A DNA stretch of 64,000 nt from Candidatus Uhrbacteria bacterium RIFOXYB12_FULL_58_10 (lineage in GTDB: Bacteria > Patescibacteriota > Patescibacteriia > UBA9934 > GWF2-40-263), in the NCBI GenBank assembly GCA_943354165.1, contig CALRBH010000004.1, positions 1,049 through 65,048 on the forward strand. The letters run 5' to 3'. Of the stretch, positions 58,189-64,000 are shown piece after piece (within the stretch, counting starts at the first letter, position 1; each line of letters opens with the position of its first letter). The notes under the pieces were generated by a model. It ran no database searches. It saw nothing but the letters and a program-made list of their open reading frames with translations, and was not told the DNA's origin. A program made the position numbers and the translations under genes.

Positions 58189-60828
58189 ATGCTTCCAAAC
58201 AATTTCACTCTCAAATCACAACAGGCGCTTCAGGCCGCGCACAACATCGCCCAGGAACATGGCCAGCAGGTCATCGAACCGATCCATCTTCTCGCCTCGC
58301 TTTTGCGCCAGGAAGACGGCGTCGTGTTGCCGATGGTGAACAAGATCACTCAGCAGCGCATTGAACTGCGCGCGGAAGTCGATACCATTCTCGATTCCCT
58401 TCCCGCAACGCGTTCTTCCGGTTCGCTCGGTCAGCTGTACCTCTCTCCAGAAATGGCGACATCGCTTTCTGACGCGGGTGCGAAAGCCAAGCAATTCAAG
58501 GATGATTTCATCTCCACAGAACATCTTTTCCTCGGCCTTATCGCAAACAAGAAGGTAGGCAAACTCCTTTCGAAATACGCGATCACAGAGGAATCCGCCA
58601 TGCATGCCCTCAAGGACATTCGTGGCACAGCGCGCGTCGATTCCCAGGAACCAGAGTCCCGTTTCCAGGCTCTTCAGAAATACAGCCGAAACGTTACGGA
58701 CGCCGCACGCGCAGGCGAAATCGATCCGATCATCGGACGCGATGCGGAAATCCGCCGCGTCATGCAAGTCTTGTCGCGTCGAACGAAGAATAATCCGGTT
58801 CTGATTGGTGAAGCCGGTGTCGGAAAGACAGCCGTCGTTGAAGGACTGGCCCAACGCATCGTATCGGGCGATGTCCCCGAACTCCTCAAGAACAAGGAGA
58901 TCATTTCACTTGATCTCGGTGCGCTTGTCGCCGGAACCAAGTATCGCGGTGAGTTCGAAGATCGATTAAAAGCCGTCGTGAAAGAGATCGAGGCTTCCGG
59001 CGGAAAGATCATTCTGTTCATCGACGAGCTTCATACGTTGGTCGGCGCAGGAACGACAGAAGGCGGATCCATGGACGCTGCCAACCTGCTCAAACCAGCC
59101 CTCGCACGCGGGAAACTTCGTGCCGTTGGCGCGACGACGATCAAAGAATATCAACGTCACATCGAAAAGGATCCTGCCCTTGAGCGTCGGTTCCAGCCTG
59201 TAATGGTAGAAGAACCGAGCGTGGACGACACCATCGCTATTCTTCGTGGAATCAAAGAACGGTACGAGGTTCACCACGGCGTGCGTATTTCCGATCCAGC
59301 CGTCGTTTCGGCCGCCACCCTGTCGAATCGCTATATCACCGATCGTCACCTTCCAGACAAGGCGATCGATCTTGTCGACGAAGCCGCCTCTGCCCTGCGC
59401 ATGCAGATCGATTCCATGCCGGAGGAACTCGATATTCTCAAGCGCGATCTCACTCGCCTCGAAATCGAACGAAAGGCGCTTCAGCACGAGGAAGATAAAG
59501 ATTCAAAAAATCGATTGTCGGAGATTGAGCGCTTGATCGCTGATTTGCGCGAAAAGTCTGATGCCTTGGAAGGACGTTGGAAAAACGAGAAGGATAAGAT
59601 CGCGGATATTTCCGCGGCAAAGAAGCAAATCGAGAAACTGCGAGGTGAAGCGGAAGCTTTGGAACGCCAAGGAAATCTTGAGGCGGTGGCGAAGATTCGC
59701 TACGGATCGATTCCCGAAGCAGAACAGGCACGCGAGGCAGCTGAAGTTGCCCTTGGTAAATTACAGGAGGATCGAGGGATCCTGAAACAGGTGGTGACGG
59801 AAGAAGACATTGCCACCGTGGTTTCCCGCTGGACGCACGTCCCTGTCTCAAAGATGCTCGAGTCCGAGATGGTTAAACTCGCCAGCATGGAAGGCGAGCT
59901 CGCTAAGCGCGTGGTTGGCCAGCAGGAAGCTATCAGCGCGGTCAGCAACGCCCTGCGCCGCTCGCGTGCCGGCATTGGTGAGGAAAACCGCCCGATCGGA
60001 TCGTTCATCTTCTTGGGGCCAACCGGCGTCGGAAAAACCGAACTCGCCCGTTCGCTCGCGGCGTTCATGTTCAACGATGAGTCCGCCATGATCCGCCTCG
60101 ACATGTCGGAATACATGGAGCGGCATTCAACGTCGAAGATTCTCGGTTCCCCTCCGGGCTATGTCGGCTACGATGAGGGTGGCCAGCTCACGGAAATGGT
60201 CCGACGCCGCCCTTACTCCGTTCTGCTCTTCGACGAAATCGAAAAGGCGCATCCTGACACCTTCAACCTTCTCCTTCAGATCCTCGACGAAGGACATCTG
60301 ACCGATGCCAAGGGCCGCAAGGTCAATTTCAAGAACTGCATCATCATCATGACCAGCAACCTGGGCTCGGACATGATCCTGAACGCCGGAACGGAAAAGA
60401 CCATTGGGTTTGATGGGAACGATGAAACAGAAACGTCAGAAGCGTCGGAAGTCCGCGAGCGCGTGCTCAGTCTCCTCAAGGACCACTTCCGTCCAGAGTT
60501 TCTCAACCGCATCGATGAGATCATCGTGTTCCATTCCCTTTCCAAGGAGGAAATCGCCATGATCGTCGATCTGCAGTTGGCCCATGTCGCGGAGCGGCTT
60601 CAGAAACAGAAGGATGTGAAGCTGAGCCTGTCGGCCGCGGCCAAAAAGCTCATTGCGGAGAAGGGATATGACCCAAGTTATGGGGCCCGACCGCTAAAGC
60701 GTGTGATCCAGTCCCTGATTCTCGACCCTTTGGCCATGAAGATCGTGTCCGGGGAGATCAAGGAAGGTCAGACGGTGACCATCGGAGCAAAAGCCGACGC
60801 GATTACCATCCAGACCAAGGAAGCCTAG
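58189..60828 (+). CDS. clpB: ATP-dependent chaperone ClpB
   Basis: N-domain, two AAA+ modules ([18 protein letters not shown]), long middle coiled coil. Confidence 0.95.
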   Translation: MLPNNFTLKSQQALQAAHNIAQEHGQQVIEPIHLLASLLRQEDGVVLPMVNKITQQRIELRAEVDTILDSLPATRSSGSLGQLYLSPEMATSLSDAGAKAKQFKDDFISTEHLFLGLIANKKVGKLLSKYAITEESAMHALKDIRGTARVDSQEPESRFQALQKYSRNVTDAARAGEIDPIIGRDAEIRRVMQVLSRRTKNNPVLIGEAGVGKTAVVEGLAQRIVSGDVPELLKNKEIISLDLGALVAGTKYRGEFEDRLKAVVKEIEASGGKIILFIDELHTLVGAGTTEGGSMDAANLLKPALARGKLRAVGATTIKEYQRHIEKDPALERRFQPVMVEEPSVDDTIAILRGIKERYEVHHGVRISDPAVVSAATLSNRYITDRHLPDKAIDLVDEAASALRMQIDSMPEELDILKRDLTRLEIERKALQHEEDKDSKNRLSEIERLIADLREKSDALEGRWKNEKDKIADISAAKKQIEKLRGEAEALERQGNLEAVAKIRYGSIPEAEQAREAAEVALGKLQEDRGILKQVVTEEDIATVVSRWTHVPVSKMLESEMVKLASMEGELAKRVVGQQEAISAVSNALRRSRAGIGEENRPIGSFIFLGPTGVGKTELARSLAAFMFNDESAMIRLDMSEYMERHSTSKILGSPPGYVGYDEGGQLTEMVRRRPYSVLLFDEIEKAHPDTFNLLLQILDEGHLTDAKGRKVNFKNCIIIMTSNLGSDMILNAGTEKTIGFDGNDETETSEASEVRERVLSLLKDHFRPEFLNRIDEIIVFHSLSKEEIAMIVDLQLAHVAERLQKQKDVKLSLSAAAKKLIAEKGYDPSYGARPLKRVIQSLILDPLAMKIVSGEIKEGQTVTIGAKADAITIQTKEA

Positions 60829-60836
60829 ATTCGACA

Positions 60837-60868
60837 GAAAACAGCCGTACACCGGCTGTTTTCTAATT
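60837..60868 (+). terminator. rho-independent terminator after clpB (ACAGCCG-TACAC-CGGCTGT + TTTCTAATT)
   Basis: Seen in sequence. Confidence 0.6.
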
Positions 60869-61027
60869 GCTGATATTTGGCTTCACACAGTGCAATTATC
60901 TGCCATAGACTCTTGACAAAACCTCAAAAATATGATAGTCTTTTCGCGTTGGATTGATCTACGAAGTTGGTTCAACATCACAACTAAAGACTCTGGAGAG
61001 AGTCTGAAACCTACGTAAGACCGATTG

Positions 61028-61204
61028 TTAAGACGGTACCGCGGGTTTTTTCTTACTCAAGCCTTCAACAAACGGTCCAACAAGCGCATCGAACGCGAGA
61101 GCCGCGGCCGCAAGCTCGGCAAGCAGTTCCAGCACGCCGCCTAGTTCCTTTCCCAACCGAAGCTGCTGCTCACTCAACTGTGAGCAGCCTTCCCCCGGGG
61201 CCAT
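61028..61204 (-). CDS. possible small helical protein (58 aa), divergent from the secreted-peptide gene
   Basis: MAPGEGCSQLSEQQLRLGKELGGVLELLAELAAAALAFDALVGPFVEGLSKKKPAVPS; GC-rich codons; below ORF-track cutoff; speculative. Confidence 0.2.
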   Translation of the reverse strand: MAPGEGCSQLSEQQLRLGKELGGVLELLAELAAAALAFDALVGPFVEGLSKKKPAVPS

Positions 61205-61266
61205 CTTCGCAAGAAGGTGAAACCGGCAGGAGCATCGCTTCTGTACGTCACACTCTGGAGTTTCCC

Positions 61267-61461
61267 ATGAAGAAGTTTTTCCTCACCGCGCTCATTGTCC
61301 TCATTCCCGGTCCCCTCGTCGCCGCCACGCTACCCAACCGCCTGAAGCGTGATCAGCCGCGAGAGCCCGCGCAGACCATCGAGTTCGCGCCGGCGACGTT
61401 CGTCAACATGCCGACTGCCTTCATCCAGGTCACCCGACCCGTGAAGACCGCCGGCCTCTAG
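61267..61461 (+). CDS. small secreted peptide precursor (64 aa; signal peptide + ~44-aa mature part)
   Basis: GGAG SD 6 nt upstream; MKKFFLTALIVLIPGPLVAA signal-like N-terminus. Confidence 0.35.
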   Translation: MKKFFLTALIVLIPGPLVAATLPNRLKRDQPREPAQTIEFAPATFVNMPTAFIQVTRPVKTAGL

Positions 61462-61566
61462 CCCGAAGGAGTTCGCCTTCGGGACTCCAACCGGCAGCAC
61501 TTCCCTCACAGGATGCGCTGCCCCAGGAGTAAGATTCTTTCCCATCACTCAACTCAGGAGGCAACC

Positions 61567-62172
61567 ATGTCAGGACACGATTCTCACGCCGCCGGCCCCT
61601 TGGATACCATTCTCGGAGCCGCGGTCAGCATCTGCATCGGCATCGCCATCGTTGGCGGATTGCTGAAGGGGTGCGAAGGATGCACCGCTGCGGTGGTGAA
61701 ACCGGTCGACAACTTCTTCTTCGGCACGTCCGAAGCAGTCGCGTCAACCACGACCACCGACAGTGATCGGATCCGCGTCCGCATCACGGCCTACCCCGCA
61801 CAGGAAAAGTACACGGACGACACGCATTGTGTCGGCGCCGATGGCACCAACCTCTGCGAACGCCGCGAGAAAGGCGAGATCCTGTGCGCGACCACATACG
61901 TGCGCGACGAGAACGGTGACATTCATGACTTCGTTCCGTTGCAAACGCCCGTCGTGATCCCCGGCATCGGCACGTGCCTTGTCGTGGCTCGGATGAGCAG
62001 TCAATGGAAGGAGCCGAAGATCGATGTCTTCTGCGGGCCCGATCCCGAGCTGAAGTGCGTCCGCGAGGTCGCTCAGAAGCTCAAGGACTCCAACGAATTC
62101 ATCACGCTCTCGAGAGAAAAGCTCGAACGCGGCTGGGCAAGACAAAACGCCAAGTATACGAACCTTGACTGA
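61567..62172 (+). CDS. membrane-anchored Cys-rich protein with degenerate 3D (MltA C-terminal/YuiC-like) domain
   Basis: AGGAGG SD 5 nt upstream; N-terminal TM; RVRITAYPAQ...DFVPLQTPVVIPGIGTCLVVARMSSQWKEPKIDVFC aligns to the 3D domain with Asp-Thr-Gly-Gly replaced; 8 Cys. Confidence 0.4.
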   Translation: MSGHDSHAAGPLDTILGAAVSICIGIAIVGGLLKGCEGCTAAVVKPVDNFFFGTSEAVASTTTTDSDRIRVRITAYPAQEKYTDDTHCVGADGTNLCERREKGEILCATTYVRDENGDIHDFVPLQTPVVIPGIGTCLVVARMSSQWKEPKIDVFCGPDPELKCVREVAQKLKDSNEFITLSREKLERGWARQNAKYTNLD

Positions 62173-62180
62173 CGTCTTCC

Positions 62181-62217
62181 AGAGCGGGTGCACCCTGTGC
62201 ACCCGCTCTTTTAATTT
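62181..62217 (+). terminator. strong rho-independent terminator (11-bp perfect stem AGAGCGGGTGC/GCACCCGCTCT, 7-nt loop, TTTAATTT)
   Basis: Seen in sequence. Confidence 0.65.
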
Positions 62218-62245
62218 CCGTCCATTTCCCCTAAAATTGCCGGGT

Positions 62246-63670
62246 ATGCGTAGAGCGTTTGCCATCTTAGGAATTATTTCCTTATGCCTTGGGTTCATCC
62301 CGCTTAAGGCCGCCTATGCTGAAGAAGACGTGAACCCGCATTTCCTTCTTGCGGACGCAGACATGACAAACACGCAATCCATGACGAGGCAGGACATCCA
62401 AACATTTTTAGGACGAGGATTCCTTGGAACCCATATTGCCGTTGATAATGATGGGACGCTTCGTCCAGCGGCAGACATCATCTATCGAGCCGCTACACTG
62501 AATGGAATCAGCCCGAGGTTTCTCCTGGTTCTTCTTCAGCGTGAACAATCCCTTGTAGAAGACCGAAACCCATCACAGAAACAGCTGGATTGGGCCATGG
62601 GATACGCCGTATGCGACGATTGCCGCATGGATGATCCTGCCATTCGGAAATTCAAGGGATTTGCGAAACAAGTACACGGGGCGGCGGAACGCATCCGTTC
62701 GAACTACCTCCCTACCTTGGAGGCCACAGGAAAAACGGAAAGTGGCTTTGGCCCTGGTATTGCCTCTGGAGTCGATGGAAAAATGATCATCCCGGAAAAC
62801 CAGGCGACTGCCGTGCTCTACACCTACACACCACACTTGCACGGCAACGCCAACTTCGTTCGCATCTGGCGCCGATGGTTTACGGGCGATTACCCAACCG
62901 GCACTGTCCTCGAGGACCAGAGCTCCGGAATCGTCTGGATGATCCAGAACGGCAAGCGCAGAGCCATCCGCTCCATGGCCGCGCTTATGAGCCGCGCCTC
63001 CGGACGCACACCAATTAGCGTAAAACCGGAAGTTCTTGAAACATACGACGTCGGCGCGCCTATTTCCTACCCCAACTATTCCCTCCTGCTCTCACCGCGC
63101 GGCACCATCTATTTACTTGTCGACGACGCGATTCGTGCCATTGATTCCATGGCCACCTTCCGCTCGGTCGGCTTCAATGCCGATGACCTCACGGAAGCAA
63201 GCGATGAGGATCTGCTCGCCTTTAACCGAGGCGCCCCCATCACGTCAGAAACCGTCCACCCGCAAGGTGCCCTTGTACGCGACCCTTCCACGGGCGGCAT
63301 CTATCAGGTGGAAGATGGCGTGAAGCACCCTATTTTCTCCCGCGAAATCCTCCAGTCCCGATTCGCCGGCTGGGAGATTCAAACGCCGAAGCTGTCGGAA
63401 ATCACCAAGTTTACCCAAGGCGATCCTGTAAAATTCTCTGACGGAACACTAGTGGCCGCTCATGGTTCACCTGACGTTTTCGTCGTCTCCGCTGGAAATC
63501 GTCGCCACGTCACGGATGAATCTACGTTTCTGGCCCTTGGCTATAAATGGACCGACATCATCTGGACCACGGAACGCGCGGTCCTTGAGCATCCGCTCGG
63601 CAACCCCGTCACTTCTTCGGTAGCCGATATTCTCCCTGATGACTCCACGGTAATGACGGCGGGCTTATGA
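62246..63670 (+). CDS. secreted protein with four internal ~45-aa repeats (G-h-h-x-D/x...G-x-h-[WYF]-h-h-x-x-G-x-[RK]-[RH]-x-h)
   Basis: Signal peptide MRRAFAILGIISLCLGFIPLKAAYA; repeats around GIVWMIQNGKRRAI, GTIYLLVDDAIRAI, GGIYQVEDGVKHPI, DVFVVSAGNRRHV. Confidence 0.5.
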   Translation: MRRAFAILGIISLCLGFIPLKAAYAEEDVNPHFLLADADMTNTQSMTRQDIQTFLGRGFLGTHIAVDNDGTLRPAADIIYRAATLNGISPRFLLVLLQREQSLVEDRNPSQKQLDWAMGYAVCDDCRMDDPAIRKFKGFAKQVHGAAERIRSNYLPTLEATGKTESGFGPGIASGVDGKMIIPENQATAVLYTYTPHLHGNANFVRIWRRWFTGDYPTGTVLEDQSSGIVWMIQNGKRRAIRSMAALMSRASGRTPISVKPEVLETYDVGAPISYPNYSLLLSPRGTIYLLVDDAIRAIDSMATFRSVGFNADDLTEASDEDLLAFNRGAPITSETVHPQGALVRDPSTGGIYQVEDGVKHPIFSREILQSRFAGWEIQTPKLSEITKFTQGDPVKFSDGTLVAAHGSPDVFVVSAGNRRHVTDESTFLALGYKWTDIIWTTERAVLEHPLGNPVTSSVADILPDDSTVMTAGL

Positions 63671-64000
63671 TCGTTTTCGGCGCCTTCGTTCCACACACCC
63701 CTCTCCTTATCCCTGCCATCGGCAAGGAACGTTTAGATGCGCTCATGCATACGGATGCGGCCATGCATACGCTGGCACGGCACCTACTCACGGCAAAGGT
63801 AGACACCGTCGTAATCCTCTCCTCGCACCATGCCATGTACAAAGACGCGTTTGCCATCGATCTCAATGATCGATATGAGACGTCCTTGCACGAATTTGGT
63901 GATCTCTCCAAACCAACGGTCTTTGCCGGCGATCCCGCACTTACAGACACGCTCCAGCGTCAGGCACGCCGCGCAGGCCACCCTATTTCCCTGCACACCG
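63667..64000 (+). CDS. LigB-family (class III extradiol dioxygenase / Memo-like) protein, 3' end truncated by window
   Basis: MIVFGAFVPHTPLLIP...ILSSHH resembles the N-terminal metal-binding His region of LigB/YgiD-type proteins; ATG overlaps upstream stop (ATGA). Confidence 0.4.
   Translation, partial: MIVFGAFVPHTPLLIPAIGKERLDALMHTDAAMHTLARHLLTAKVDTVVILSSHHAMYKDAFAIDLNDRYETSLHEFGDLSKPTVFAGDPALTDTLQRQARRAGHPISLHT

Noticed and set aside
60913-60936. TTGACA ... TATGAT downstream of the clpB terminator as a promoter
   Set aside because: The spacer is only 12 nt (15 with the alternative GATAGT), so it does not fit a canonical sigma70 promoter and I kept it out of the feature list.
60869-61266. 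tRNA or other structured RNA gene in the 400-bp ORF-poor stretch after clpB
   Set aside because: No tRNA-like T-arm (GTTCRANYC) or acceptor stem is visible; I found only ordinary hairpins and a possible small minus-strand ORF.

Overview
This 64-kb window is a gene-dense, moderately GC-rich bacterial chromosomal segment with about 73 protein-coding genes and no rRNA, tRNA or CRISPR array. It is dominated by housekeeping functions.

Main gene content:
- A complete F1Fo ATP synthase operon: AtpZ-like gene, then atpB-E-F-H-A-G-D-C (29.3-36.2 kb).
- The rod-shape cluster mreB-mreC-mreD-mrdA (40.7-45.0 kb).
- A convergent znuA-znuC-znuB zinc ABC transporter (45.0-47.4 kb).
- Three aminoacyl-tRNA synthetases: metG, lysS, gltX.
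- clpB preceded by a textbook CIRCE element.
- The oxidative pentose-phosphate pair gnd-like/zwf, and pgi.
- Oxidative-stress genes: sodA, peroxiredoxin, msrB.
- Two GreA paralogs and two ABC-F ATPases.
- rRNA/tRNA modification enzymes: rlmN, rsmI, an RsmB-like methyltransferase, trhO.
- tatD, cspA, pepA.
- A 980-aa UvrD-like helicase fused to a RecB-family nuclease.
- Several peptidoglycan hydrolases: two M23 peptidases, a coiled-coil protein with an MltB-like domain, and a degenerate 3D-domain protein.

One caveat on gene starts: most genes lack Shine-Dalgarno motifs, and several sigma70-like -10 boxes sit immediately upstream of start codons, which suggests leaderless mRNAs.

The most unusual things I see are:
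1. A family of intergenic long imperfect hairpins made of short tandem repeats that carry stop codons (units TAGTAGAAAG, GTAAGGG, TGACTAC, TAGTNCG). They punctuate the atp operon and a few other junctions.
2. An AT-richer ~1-kb two-gene cassette bracketed by a perfect 40-bp direct repeat of a terminator hairpin (15.52-16.57 kb).
3. A GC-richer, SD-bearing micro-island between the clpB terminator and another strong terminator (60.87-62.22 kb). It encodes a small secreted peptide and a Cys-rich membrane-anchored 3D-like protein.
4. An inverted-repeat-dense 300-bp convergent intergenic region with a recurring ACTTAGTGTCG motif (54.03-54.34 kb).
5. A 177-codon ORF interrupted by a single in-frame TAG.
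6. Two perfect AT-rich palindromes overlapping the znuA promoter (candidate Zur-type operators).

I cannot assign the taxon from sequence alone. All family calls are from motif recognition by eye, not database searches.
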